DNA of 64,000 nucleotides from Nitrospirota bacterium (GTDB lineage Bacteria > Nitrospirota > UBA9217), in NCBI GenBank assembly GCA_963737155.1, contig CAVTRN010000002.1, positions 384,001 to 448,000 on the forward strand, given 5' to 3'. Both the position numbers and the translations under genes were made by a program. Under the pieces are notes generated by a model, which was given only the letters and a program-made list of their open reading frames with translations, was not told where the DNA came from and made no database searches. This document shows positions 31,381 through 41,926 of this stretch, piece after piece (the first letter of the stretch is position 1; each line of letters starts with the position of its first letter).

Positions 31381-32079
31381 ATGCTGCCCTCCCATTATTT
31401 TGAATATTGTTGTTCTGACTGATTGCAGCTTAAACCGTCACCCTGGGATGCAACCACTTTTCCAATACTGCTCATTCTTGCAGTATTATCCTTATGCTGG
31501 TTCCGTTCATCGACGATCGATTCTTCTGGAGCGATCTCGACATAATAAATGGCCCCCGCAAAAAGGAAGCCACAGGAGCGCGATATACGTGGCGAGCTTA
31601 CTTCGTTCCATGATGCCGGACTAACTAATGCCTTAAAAAATGACGAACATTACTATAAGCAAAGATCCCGATAATTATACCATATTCAACTTCTACCGTT
31701 CCAATCTGCAATGTTCCTACCAAAAGCAGTTACTTATAAAAGCTAGGAATTGATTCTGTACGCAAAGCATACCTATGTTTCTTATCTGAACACCTGCACT
31801 TTTTGAAGGCAATCCTTTGCCGCTATTCCCCGAAGGGGCGCACCTCCTGGCAAACATCGCTTTCACGCAAAGCCCGCTGCAGGGAGTATAGACTTGGCAT
31901 AGGGGAGGGGGGACAGAAGCAACAAGAAACGACTACCAAGGGGGTAATGAAGTTTTTGACAAGTATTCGTCGATTAAATCCGATAGTCTTTTTATAAATC
32001 GATCATTTTTACAGTTTATTTCTCAGGCTGTGCCGATTCGCAAATTACAAAATCAAAACGACTTCGCGATGGAGTTTCT

Positions 32080-32991
32080 TTACAGCTGCTCCACCTGATA
32101 CCCCTTTTGCCTCAGCGATGAAAGAATGCCGTCCTTGCCCACGAGGTGCGCTGCACCGAGGATGATCATGGCGTTTTCTTTTTGGCCGATGAGGGATTCT
32201 ATCTTGGGCATCCAGTTTTTGTTTCTGTCAGTGATGAGTTTCTGATACACATCGGGGCGGTCCTGGAAACTTTTTAGCAAGACCGTTTCGAGCGCCTCCG
32301 CGTTTCCTGACTTCCAGGCCTCGATGATTACGTTGACATCCTTCTGCACATTATCGATGTCATCCATGATCTCGAGCAGAATCGCCTCTTGCATCCCGGC
32401 AGGCATATCTCCCAGGAGGCTCAGTTGATACTCCGCGGTTTCAAAACCGCCGATCTTCTTCTTGTCTTTTTTGGCTTTTTTATAAAAATAATTGTCAACG
32501 CCCTTACTCTGATCAAAACCAAGCCGTTGCAGTTCGATTACCTCGATGGACATCGCCAGGAGCCACGGCTTGAACTGATCGAATTTCTCGATATTGAGAC
32601 CCTGATCCGTCAGTCGTTTCTTTACTAATTCGTAAGTCTGCTTGGAAAGATCATCTTTGAGCGTCCGGCCGTCATGGTAGGCGCCCTTGGCGACCGTAAG
32701 TTGTTGGAGTTTCTGGGCGTTCTCCTGGTCGAAGTTTATTTCGAAGAACAGCCGAGGAGAGTTTTCGTAGGCTTTTTCGATGCTCTCGTCGAGGGGATAG
32801 GCGTCCTGCTTGAGCACATGAACGGACCCGAGGAGGTAGACTGTGTTGTTCTTTGAACTTATCTTCCAGAGAGGATGTTTCCGATCATGTCCCTTCGACT
32901 GCTGCGCGAATACGTTTATGCAAAGGAGAAACAGAAGAATTGCTGACAGGACCGAGATTGTTTTATGGAAGGCGCGATTGGGCATGGCCAT
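32080..32991 (-). CDS. TraB/GumN family protein
   Basis: Signal peptide, LWKIS..YLLGSVH, GFETAEYQ, DRNKNW, GAAHLVG. Confidence 0.9.
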   Translation of the reverse strand: MAMPNRAFHKTISVLSAILLFLLCINVFAQQSKGHDRKHPLWKISSKNNTVYLLGSVHVLKQDAYPLDESIEKAYENSPRLFFEINFDQENAQKLQQLTVAKGAYHDGRTLKDDLSKQTYELVKKRLTDQGLNIEKFDQFKPWLLAMSIEVIELQRLGFDQSKGVDNYFYKKAKKDKKKIGGFETAEYQLSLLGDMPAGMQEAILLEIMDDIDNVQKDVNVIIEAWKSGNAEALETVLLKSFQDRPDVYQKLITDRNKNWMPKIESLIGQKENAMIILGAAHLVGKDGILSSLRQKGYQVEQL

Positions 32992-33156
32992 CTCCCTTGT
33001 TTAAGTCTAGCGGCATAAGCAATGAATACACCACACCATTCAAAAATATCTCGTGAGAATATATGCCTGATCTGTGATGATGTCAACGAAAGCGGTGAAA
33101 GCGATGAGGTCTTTAATAGTTGTATATAACGGCCACACGTGTCAGCTTTTATTGAC

Positions 33157-33224
33157 TGTATAAATTTGATACATATTGTATAAACAATTGCATCACAATA
33201 ATAATGTTGTATCAAATAGATACA
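33157..33224. promoter_or_regulatory. Two palindromic TGTAT-N7-ATACA sites (candidate enhancer UAS)
   Basis: TGTATAAATTTGATACA 33157-33173 and TGTATCAAATAGATACA 33208-33224, 51 bp apart. Confidence 0.5.
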
Positions 33225-33477
33225 TCATGATATCGTATTTGAAAATTAAATAGAACCTGATTTATCGTTGTATACTTTCTGGCCACTTATTGCAAAAATT
33301 TGACAACTACTTAAGTATCATTGTCCGCGACATGGGAAATTGGAGGTCAAAAGTGAATTTTACTATCTCATAGCATGTTCCAAAAATAATGACGATGAGC
33401 CAATAACTTATTGAAAGTATGAGAAATAAATGTATTAAGGGAATTTCATCATCTTTTGGCATTCTCCTGCATTCATT

Positions 33478-33493
33478 CGGCATCTTTCTTGCT
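33478..33493 (+). promoter_or_regulatory. Candidate sigma54 -24/-12 promoter of glmS
   Basis: CGGCATCTTTCTTGCT, GG-N10-GC spacing, 80 bp before the ATG. Confidence 0.5.
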
Positions 33494-33573
33494 TCATAAT
33501 AAAATGTGTTTCAGGTTGAGGATAGAAATGCCGTTGTCGACATTTTGAGAACCGGCAGTTCGGGGGCGAAATC

Positions 33574-35646
33574 ATGTGCGGTATCGTAGGATATGTTGGG
33601 AAAAAAGATTCTTTGCAAGTACTCTTTGATGGTCTTACCCGTTTGGAGTACCGTGGTTACGATTCGTCAGGAATTGCATTTAAGAACGGATCGGGAATCG
33701 AGGTTTACAAGACTCCAGGCAGGCTGAAAGACCTTCAGAAGATGCTGCCGGTCCCATTACCAGCCATTACGATCGGTCTCGGACACACGCGATGGGCCAC
33801 CCACGGGGCACCGTCGGCAGCCAATGCCCATCCGCACACCGCGAAAGGCGTCTCCGTGGTACACAACGGCATCATTGAAAATTACCGCGAGTTAAGGACC
33901 GAATTGGCGTCTGCAGGACATGTTTTTACATCCCAGACGGACACGGAAGTGGTACCTCACCTCATATCCCGCTACCTTGACAGCGGTTTTTCTATCGAGG
34001 AGTCGATCCGACGGGCGATCGCGCACCTTCGCGGGGCTTACGCCCTGGGGATCATGCACGAAGACACGCCAGATACGCTGTTCGCGATCCGCAACGGCAG
34101 CCCGCTCGTCATTGGAATGGGCACGGATGCACAGTACATCGCATCCGATGTTCCCGCGCTCCTGCCCTATACGAAAAACTTCATTTATCTCGAAGATCTG
34201 CACATGGCCATACTCCGGAGTGGCGGGGTCGAGCTGAAACATATCGAATCCCTGGAGAATCTGGAGCTTGAAGGGAAAATCGTAACGGTTAACTGGACGC
34301 CTGCAATGGCTGAGAAGCAGGGATACGACCATTTCATGCTCAAGGAGATATACGAGCAACCCCAGGGGGTCATGGATACCCTGAGGGAGTGGATCGATGA
34401 CACGAACAAGCTCATGGATGAGATGGGCATCTCGGGCACCATCAAGGATCTCAGGCGGCTCCATATCGCAGCCTGCGGTACGTCGTACCATGCCGGTCTG
34501 GTTGGCCGGTACATGATCGAGAAGTTCGTGCGCATTCCCGTGGCCGTGGACACCGCCTCGGAGTTCCGGGACATGTCTCCGGTCATCCCGAAAGGAACGG
34601 TACTCATCACCATTACGCAGTCAGGAGAAACAGCCGATACCCTTGCAGCACAACGCGAAGCGAAGGAAAAAGGAGCGAGGACCCTGACGATCTGCAATGT
34701 CGTCGGCAGCACGACCACGCGCGAGGCTGATTCGGTCTTCTACACGCGTGCGGGGATTGAGATTGGCGTGGTATCCACCAAGGCCTTTACCGCTCAGCTC
34801 GCAGCCCTGAGTCTCCTGGGTATTGCCCTGGGTACTAAGAAAGGCAAGCTCAGCGACCTCGAGATTCAGACGCTCAAACCATTCATGCTCGATCTGCCGA
34901 GGCTCATTCGGCTGGCGCTCCGGACCGATGGAGCGGTCAAGGAAATCGCAAAGACCCTGGTGGGCGCGAAGAGCATGCTGTACGTTGGCCGGGGGATCAA
35001 CTACCCCGTTGCGCTCGAAGGCGCGCTCAAAATGAAGGAGCTCGCCTACATTCACGCAGATGGATATCCGGCGGGAGAAATGAAACATGGCCCCATCGCG
35101 CTGATTGAGGACGGAGTCCCTGTCGTATTTCTGGCAACGATCGACGGCATGCACGATAAGATCCTATCGAACATCGAGGAGGTGAAGGCGCGGGGAGGGA
35201 GGATCATCGTGGTTACGGATTCACCCGCCGCCTTCCGCGACAAGGCGGACGACATGATCGTGGTGCCGTCGACACACCCTGCGCTCGTTCCTTTTGTGAC
35301 CATTGTGCCGCTGCAGCTCCTTGCATATCACGTCGCCGTGATCAAAGGCTGTAATGTAGACCAGCCGAGGAATTTGTCTAAAAGCGTGACCGCCGATAAT
35401 GACAAGTGTCATAGTCCCGGGTGCAGCTATTCGAAATTCTGCCGGAAAAGCGCAGCATGCGAGGCCATCACGCCGGATGAGAAAAAAAACATCGCCCACA
35501 CGGTGGTCAGGCTTATGAAAGTCAGTGATTGGCAGCAATTTTCTGCTTCCAGCCTGCTTGAATCCAGCGGGCAAGAACTGCATAAAGCAGTGCATAGGGA
35601 ACAGGCGTCGAAGGGGTTAAGTACCTGCTTCGAGTCTCCCTACTAG
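33574..35646 (+). CDS. glmS: Glutamine--fructose-6-phosphate transaminase with C-terminal extension
   Basis: MCGIVG, LEYRGYDS, HTRWATHG, HNGIIEN, QSGETADT, EGALKMKE, PRNLSKSVT then 84 further residues. Confidence 0.93.
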   Translation: MCGIVGYVGKKDSLQVLFDGLTRLEYRGYDSSGIAFKNGSGIEVYKTPGRLKDLQKMLPVPLPAITIGLGHTRWATHGAPSAANAHPHTAKGVSVVHNGIIENYRELRTELASAGHVFTSQTDTEVVPHLISRYLDSGFSIEESIRRAIAHLRGAYALGIMHEDTPDTLFAIRNGSPLVIGMGTDAQYIASDVPALLPYTKNFIYLEDLHMAILRSGGVELKHIESLENLELEGKIVTVNWTPAMAEKQGYDHFMLKEIYEQPQGVMDTLREWIDDTNKLMDEMGISGTIKDLRRLHIAACGTSYHAGLVGRYMIEKFVRIPVAVDTASEFRDMSPVIPKGTVLITITQSGETADTLAAQREAKEKGARTLTICNVVGSTTTREADSVFYTRAGIEIGVVSTKAFTAQLAALSLLGIALGTKKGKLSDLEIQTLKPFMLDLPRLIRLALRTDGAVKEIAKTLVGAKSMLYVGRGINYPVALEGALKMKELAYIHADGYPAGEMKHGPIALIEDGVPVVFLATIDGMHDKILSNIEEVKARGGRIIVVTDSPAAFRDKADDMIVVPSTHPALVPFVTIVPLQLLAYHVAVIKGCNVDQPRNLSKSVTADNDKCHSPGCSYSKFCRKSAACEAITPDEKKNIAHTVVRLMKVSDWQQFSASSLLESSGQELHKAVHREQASKGLSTCFESPY

Positions 35647-35971
35647 TCTTTTCCCGTGGGGAACTAATTACGTCCTTTTTTGTTGGTATGCGTTCCCACT
35701 CATGATGGGTATTCCCACGTAAAAAAGGCCGGCTGGACTTATTCCTATCGGCCTTCAGCGGGTATCAGGATGCTCAATCTGTCTCTTTCGTATCTCCCCG
35801 GGTGCGATCTCCGCTTCAAGTACACAGTCTCAAACTGCAGCTCTCCGCCTATCTTGTAGCCGTCATGCAGCCCAGCCAGGTAATTTTTTTTACAAGCATA
35901 ACCTTCGAGTGATCCGATGATGTCCAAAGGACAGAGCCGAGGCGAGATCCTCAGGCTAAGAACGCCAGGTA

Positions 35972-36011
35972 AAGGAAAAGGCCAGGAGATATTCCTCCAC
36001 ACCTTTTCCTT
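35972..36011 (-). terminator. Terminator-like hairpin just 3' of the tRNA fragment
   Basis: AAGGAAAAGG..GGAG-loop-CTCC..CCTTTTCCTT inverted repeat. Confidence 0.5.
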
Positions 36012-36014
36012 ATT

Positions 36015-36052
36015 TGGCAGCGGGGCCTGATTTGAACCAATGACCTTCGGGT
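36015..36052 (-). pseudogene. Degenerate 3' half of tRNA-fMet (att-like relic)
   Basis: Minus strand ACCCGAAGGTCATTGGTTCAAATCAGGCCCCGCTGCCA versus canonical initiator tRNA ACCCGAAGGTCGTCGGTTCAAATCCGGCCCCCGCAACCA; no anticodon or 5' half. Confidence 0.75.
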
Positions 36053-36704
36053 CAGTCACCCCAAGGATTCTTTAACACTCCCGCTGCTCCATATCATCAA
36101 ACTGTCATTCGTTTGAAGCGGAACCGGCAAATACTCGCTGAGTGATATTGAGAACAGCTAGATGTTTTATGGTTCAACCGGACGATTAAGCTCCATACAT
36201 TTTTGATATAATGTCCTTCTAGCGGTACCTTGGGTTTCAAGCCAGGAGATGTCAGCCGCACCGGCTGACATCTCCTGAACTTTGCAAGTCCGTGCGCTGT
36301 TCACAAACGATTTCGTTGTAGGACACGCTATTTGCCCAACCAGTATTTTTAGGCAGTTTTTACCATCAGTCTCGCCAAGCCGGAGTTCTTGCGCTGGCCC
36401 TTCCCGAGATGCCACGGCACTCCATCCACGACAAAGACCAACCTGCATGTCCTGCCGTCCCACCGGTCATCCGGTTATGTTCATGCAAGTATTGCGAGCG
36501 AAGCGAAACAATGGAGATGTTTGTAAGCCATTGTAAAATTAAAATTATTATTCTGGCAATGGCAGATCATAAAGAAGTTATAGTTCGTACCAACCCGGAG
36601 CCATGGAGAATTTGTTGGTATAATTAATAAACGTGGGTTGTGTTCATTTTTAGTAGATCATGAACGTGTTAGCAGCATTTCCGAAAAAACAGTCTCATCG
36701 CTGA

Positions 36705-39011
36705 ATGTATCGCATGGATGGTGACATCATGGACCCTCAAACAGAAACGACTTACGGTGCGCTTCTGGACAATGCATTGGATGCGGTGCTCCTTGCCAAC
36801 CCGGAGGGAACAATCCTCTACGCAAACCCGGCCGCTTGCGCATTGTTCGGTTACACGCTGGATGAGTTTCGCGCTTTGGGACGTGGTGCGGTCGTGGACC
36901 CCACAGACCCCGGACTCGTCGAAGCTCTGGAACAGCGTCGCCGGACCGGTAGATTTTCCGGTACCTTAAGAATGTTGCGGAAGGATCGAAGTCCCTGTAC
37001 GGTTGAGATGTCTTCGGCAGTGTTCACGGACGCCAACGGGGAGATACGCACAAGCATCTTTGTTCGGGACATCACCGAGCGCAAGCAGTCCGAGGATGCG
37101 CTAAGGCGAAGTGAAGCGAAATTTCGGGCAGTGGTCCAGAACAGCAATGACGGCATCATTTTTTGCGATGCAAATGCCTTGATTTCTTATCGGAGCCCGT
37201 CTTATAGCCGAATTAACGGTTATACGGAGGATGAACGGGTGGGACATAACGGATTTGAGATCGTGCATCCCGATGATCGAGACGCGCTACGCCGGTCTTG
37301 GGCCCAAATTGTGCAGCATCCGGAAATGCTGCTTAAGGCAGAGTATCGAATTCGGCACAAAAACGGAACGTGGCGATGGGTCGAAACAACGGTGCAAAAC
37401 CTGTTGGCCAACCCGGATATCCAGGAGATTGTCGTCACCAGTCATGACATCACCGAGCGTAAACAGTCTGAATTGGCCCTGAAACAAAGCGAAGCGAAAT
37501 ACCAGCGTCTCTATAATCAAACGCCTGTCCTGCTCCACTCCGTGGATCGGGATGCGCGATTGGTGGAAGTAAATGACTATTGGCTCAAGACAATGGGCTA
37601 TGAGCGAAATGAAGTGATCGGCAGAAAAGTGACTGATTTCTATACGGAGGCGTCGCGAAAGTACGCCCAGGAAGCCGCCCAGCCGGCTTTCTTTCGGGAT
37701 GGTCTCGTTAAAGATTTATACTATCAGCTCGTAAAAAAGAATGGCGAGGTGGTGGATGTGCATCTTTCGGCGACTGCCGAACGAGATGCTTCCGGCAATG
37801 TTGTCCGTTCCCAGGCGGTGATCGAGGATATAACCGAGCGCAAGAGAGCAGAAGATGCGCTGCGGGAAAGCGAAATTAAATTTCGCGCGGTGTTCGAAAA
37901 CTCCAGGGATGCTATCGGTATTTCAAAAAATGGTGTGCATTATTTTGCCAATCCCGCATATCTCAAATTATTTGGGCATGAGAGTAATGAAAAAATCGCA
38001 GGGACTTCGATACTTGACAACATTGCACCGAGCCATCATCAACAGATGATACAAAACATACGGCACAGAACTGCCGGAGAGCCGGTCCCATCACTCTACG
38101 TAACACGTGGCAGGAAAACGGATGGTACTGAGTTTTACATGGAGGTCAGCGCTGCCGCATTCGAGATGCAAGGTGAGACATATTCAGTAGCGAGCGTCCG
38201 GGATATCACGGAGCGCAAAAGGGTAGAGCAGGAACTCTCCGTCTACCACGACCACCTGGAGGAGCTGGTTAAGACACGAACTGCCGAACTGGCCGTCGCC
38301 AAGGAGCGGGCGGAGTCGGCGGACCGGTTGAAGTCTGCTTTTCTTGCTACGATGTCTCATGAGCTTAGGACCCCGCTCAACTCGATCATAGGATTCACGG
38401 GCATTCTTCTCCAGGGGTTGGCAGGCCCGCTGAATGAGGAACAGAATAAACAGCTGGGCATGGTGCGCGAAAGCTCCACCCATCTGCTCGAACTGATCAA
38501 TGACGTTTTGGACATCTCAAAGATTGAAGCCGGACAGCTGCAGGTCACCAAGGAGCTCTTTGATCCGCGCGCGGTGATCGAACGGGCCGCGCAGACCGTG
38601 AAACCCATGGTCGGGAAAAAAGGCCTTGCCCTGGAAGTAGTCATTGCACCGGAAGTTGGCATGATAACAAGTGATAGAAGGCGGGTGGAACAGGCCCTCC
38701 TGAACCTGCTCAGCAATGCCGTCAAATTTACCGACAAGGGTGGCATCAGCATTGCCTGCGAGACAAGCGGCACGGAGCTGATCATCAGAGTCAAGGACAC
38801 AGGCATCGGCATCAAGCACGAAGAGATGGACAGGCTTTTCGAACCGTTTCGGCAGCTCCAAAGTGGGATCGCGCGGCAGTATGAAGGAACCGGCCTGGGC
38901 CTTTGTATCAGCAAGAGGCTCCTCGAGCTTTTAGGCGGTACGATAAGCGTGAAAAGCATGTGGGGACAGGGCAGCACTTTCGTTTTAACCCTGCCAGTAT
39001 CTGTGCTATAG
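36705..39011 (+). CDS. Multi-PAS histidine kinase (4 PAS)
   Basis: Four DITERK linkers, FLATMSHELRTPL, NAVKFT, GTGLGL. Confidence 0.95.
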   Translation: MYRMDGDIMDPQTETTYGALLDNALDAVLLANPEGTILYANPAACALFGYTLDEFRALGRGAVVDPTDPGLVEALEQRRRTGRFSGTLRMLRKDRSPCTVEMSSAVFTDANGEIRTSIFVRDITERKQSEDALRRSEAKFRAVVQNSNDGIIFCDANALISYRSPSYSRINGYTEDERVGHNGFEIVHPDDRDALRRSWAQIVQHPEMLLKAEYRIRHKNGTWRWVETTVQNLLANPDIQEIVVTSHDITERKQSELALKQSEAKYQRLYNQTPVLLHSVDRDARLVEVNDYWLKTMGYERNEVIGRKVTDFYTEASRKYAQEAAQPAFFRDGLVKDLYYQLVKKNGEVVDVHLSATAERDASGNVVRSQAVIEDITERKRAEDALRESEIKFRAVFENSRDAIGISKNGVHYFANPAYLKLFGHESNEKIAGTSILDNIAPSHHQQMIQNIRHRTAGEPVPSLYVTRGRKTDGTEFYMEVSAAAFEMQGETYSVASVRDITERKRVEQELSVYHDHLEELVKTRTAELAVAKERAESADRLKSAFLATMSHELRTPLNSIIGFTGILLQGLAGPLNEEQNKQLGMVRESSTHLLELINDVLDISKIEAGQLQVTKELFDPRAVIERAAQTVKPMVGKKGLALEVVIAPEVGMITSDRRRVEQALLNLLSNAVKFTDKGGISIACETSGTELIIRVKDTGIGIKHEEMDRLFEPFRQLQSGIARQYEGTGLGLCISKRLLELLGGTISVKSMWGQGSTFVLTLPVSVL

Positions 39012-39024
39012 TTGTAAATATTAT

Positions 39025-39396
39025 ATGGCTCCACAGAAAAAAATTCTCTATATTGAGGATAATGAACAGAACCTCTACCTCGTTACGTTCTTACTCACCA
39101 AGCATGGTTACGAGGTAATCTCTGCACGGGATGGTCTGGCGGGCATCTCGGCAGCCGCGCACAATAAGCCGGATCTCATCCTCCTGGACATACAGCTGCC
39201 GTCCATGGACGGATACGCCGTTGCACGGTCACTCAGGGGCAATCGGGTCCTGTCACAGGTCCCTATAGTCGCTCTTACGTCCTATGCCATGACCGGCGAC
39301 CGCGAAAAAGCCTTGGAGTCTGGATGCACCGGCTATATCGAAAAACCAATCGATCCCGACACCTTCGTGGCGCAGGTCGGGCATTACCTGTCATGA
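39025..39396 (+). CDS. Single-domain response regulator (DivK-like)
   Basis: ILYIEDNEQN, LILLDIQLP, GCTGYIEKPI. Confidence 0.93.
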   Translation: MAPQKKILYIEDNEQNLYLVTFLLTKHGYEVISARDGLAGISAAAHNKPDLILLDIQLPSMDGYAVARSLRGNRVLSQVPIVALTSYAMTGDREKALESGCTGYIEKPIDPDTFVAQVGHYLS

Positions 39397-39420
39397 AGCA
39401 GGGCTAACGAGGGAAAACCG

Positions 39421-41460
39421 ATGACGACGATCCTGCTCGTTGACGACAATGAGCAAAACCGCTATATGCTGGAAGTACTTCTGAAGGCGCAGGGGTATGA
39501 GGTAGTGCTGGCCAACAATGGGGCCCAGGCGCTCGCTTTGGCCGTAATACATCCTCCCGATCTGATCATAACGGACATTTTGATGCCGGTTATAGATGGT
39601 TTTGCCCTGTGCCGGAAGTGGAAGGCGGATGATCGTCTCAAGGCCATTCCCTTCGTTTTCTATACAGCCACCTATACCAACCCCGAAGACGAGCGATTCG
39701 CCCTCAGCCTTGGCGCAGAACGGTTCATTATCAAACCGCAGCAGCCAGAAGTATTGGCTCAGATCGTGCGGGAGCTCCTGCACGATTTTCAAAAGGGAAC
39801 GCTGATCTCGACCGAGAAGCCCCTTGGCGAGGATATGGAGTTCTTCCGCCGGTACAATGAGGCTCTGTTCAACAAACTTGAGCAAAAGGTGATACAGATT
39901 GAAAATGCCAACCGAAAGCTGGAGCATGACGTTGCCGAGCGCTTGCGGGCGGAGGAGGCCCACCGCAGGGAGAAAGCATTTACCGATCTGGTCATCGACA
40001 GCCTTCCCGGCGTCTTCTACATTTGCGATGAAGACGGACGGCTGGTGCGTTGGAACAACAATGAAAAAGAGGTGACTGGCTATTCCCTCGAGGAACTCAT
40101 GCAGAAAAACGTACTGGAACTGTTCCAGGAGGACCGCGACCTTGTGGCAAGCAAGATACGCGAAGTTCTGGAGACTGGCCGGACCACCGTAGAGGCTTCC
40201 ATCGTGACAAAAAGCGGGATTCCCATCCCTTTTCTGCTCACGGGTTTGAGGATGGACACGGATGGCAAGAGATTTATCGTCGGTATGGGCATCGATATAT
40301 CGGAGCGAAAACACCTGGAGCAGCAGCTCCGCCAGGCGCACAAGATGGAAGCAGTGGGGCTGCTTGCGGGGGGGGTGGCCCATGATTTTAACAACATCCT
40401 CACGGCCATCATCGGCTACGGAAACCTTGTTAAGATGAAACTCTCCGGCGATGATCCGGTTCTCCATTATATCGACCAGATCCTCCTTGCTTCGGAGCGC
40501 GCCGCAAATCTCACGAACAGTCTCCTCGCCTTCAGCAGAAAGCAGATTATCAATCCCGTGCCCGTGAATGTGAACGAAATCATTTTCAGGATCGGCAAGC
40601 TGCTAACGCGGCTGATCGGCGAAGATATCGAGTTGAAAATGGATTTCGAAGGCCGCGACCTGATCATTCTGGCGGACGTTGGCCAGATCGAACAAATACT
40701 CATGAACCTTGCCACCAATGCCAGAGACGCCATCGTCGCGGGGGGTACACTGACCATTAAAACAGAGCAGTTCAATCTGGACGAGGAGTTCATCAACCTG
40801 CACGCGTATGGCAAAAAGGGAAGATACGCGCTGATCTCGGCGACGGACACCGGCGTCGGCATGAATGAAATGACGCGAACAAGGATCTTTCAGCCTTTTT
40901 TCACGACGAAAGAGGTCGGGAAGGGCACGGGGCTTGGCCTTTCGATGGTCTATGGCATCGTCAAGCAGCACGAAGGATTTATCACGGTCACGAGTGAACC
41001 GGGCATCGGCACCACCTTCAAGATATATCTTCCCCTGGTGCAATCACAGGCCCAGGAGATCGAGGTTGCGAGGCCTGTCGAACGGCGCACAGGCACCGAG
41101 ACGGTGCTCGTGGCTGAGGATGACGATACGGTGAGAAATTTGGTCATTACTCTTCTTGCGGAATCCGGTTATACGGTCATCAGCTCATCGGACGGTGAGC
41201 AGGCGGTGGAAGCCTTTCTGAAAAACAAGGATCGCATCCGTTTGCTCATTCTGGACCTGATCATGCCGAAGAAGAACGGCAAAGAGGTTTTAGATGCGAT
41301 CAGGGAAATTCAGCCGGACATAAAGGTGCTCTTTATGAGCGGCTATGCCGCAGACATTTTCGAGAAAAAGAATATCCCCGGGGAGGGATTGAACCTGTTG
41401 ACAAAGCCCATCTCACCCACCACGTTTCTCCAGAAAGTAAGAGAAACGCTGGATACGTGA
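39421..41460 (+). CDS. Hybrid histidine kinase REC-PAS-HisKA-HATPase-REC
   Basis: N- and C-terminal [21 protein letters not shown]. Confidence 0.95.
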   Translation: MTTILLVDDNEQNRYMLEVLLKAQGYEVVLANNGAQALALAVIHPPDLIITDILMPVIDGFALCRKWKADDRLKAIPFVFYTATYTNPEDERFALSLGAERFIIKPQQPEVLAQIVRELLHDFQKGTLISTEKPLGEDMEFFRRYNEALFNKLEQKVIQIENANRKLEHDVAERLRAEEAHRREKAFTDLVIDSLPGVFYICDEDGRLVRWNNNEKEVTGYSLEELMQKNVLELFQEDRDLVASKIREVLETGRTTVEASIVTKSGIPIPFLLTGLRMDTDGKRFIVGMGIDISERKHLEQQLRQAHKMEAVGLLAGGVAHDFNNILTAIIGYGNLVKMKLSGDDPVLHYIDQILLASERAANLTNSLLAFSRKQIINPVPVNVNEIIFRIGKLLTRLIGEDIELKMDFEGRDLIILADVGQIEQILMNLATNARDAIVAGGTLTIKTEQFNLDEEFINLHAYGKKGRYALISATDTGVGMNEMTRTRIFQPFFTTKEVGKGTGLGLSMVYGIVKQHEGFITVTSEPGIGTTFKIYLPLVQSQAQEIEVARPVERRTGTETVLVAEDDDTVRNLVITLLAESGYTVISSSDGEQAVEAFLKNKDRIRLLILDLIMPKKNGKEVLDAIREIQPDIKVLFMSGYAADIFEKKNIPGEGLNLLTKPISPTTFLQKVRETLDT

Positions 41461-41926
41461 GATATCCGGGCAAGACTGTCAGACGTTATTGCTTTTCCCA
41501 GGTTTCGTCGAAGCGCACGCTGGCAAGCTAGTATCCATAATCTATATGATTGTTTTAACTTCAGCGGCTGGTTATTTTCACTGGGGAGGTGCATGATACC
41601 AGCAAAGATGTGCATCACGATATCGTAGAAATGAGTGTACTAAGGAGCTGACCGGAGATCGCCCGACACGAGCCACTGTTGCGCTGATGACGGGTTGCGA
41701 AGCCTCATGGAAAACGTACCGAGTTGAGTCGAAATGGCGACAGGCCCCCTGGGAAATCCTCTCCCGACAGGGCATTATGGACAGAGTGCGATAGTGTTTT
41801 TGGGTAACTACTTGAGGCTGAAGAACAATTGCCTTCCGGCAGCGAGCCGTGCTCCCTGCATTTGGTGTATTGGTGGAAGTTTCAATTTAACCTTATGACG
41901 TTAGAACGAAGAGGGCGATATATATT

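Noticed and set aside
31707-31722. sigma54-like TGGTAGGAACATTGCA on the minus strand upstream of molbindin
   Set aside because: Spacing is right but the -24 box is weak and it lies over 300 bp from the start
31849-31900. c-di-GMP-I riboswitch-like words GGCAAAC..ACGCAAAGC
   Set aside because: The GNRA-capped hairpin between them and the second stem are missing
33105-33132. ModE box (TATATAACG)
   Set aside because: Only one half-site, and far from the mod operon start
33250-33573. glmS ribozyme
   Set aside because: No AGCGCC core or matching conserved stems are seen in the leader
35745-36059. 104-aa minus-strand ORF
   Set aside because: It runs through the tRNA relic and hairpin and has no recognisable motif
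39391-40467. Long antisense ORFs over kinases (also 43753..44592, 61633..62610, 30986..31624)
   Set aside because: Shadow frames of well-supported genes with no motifs of their own
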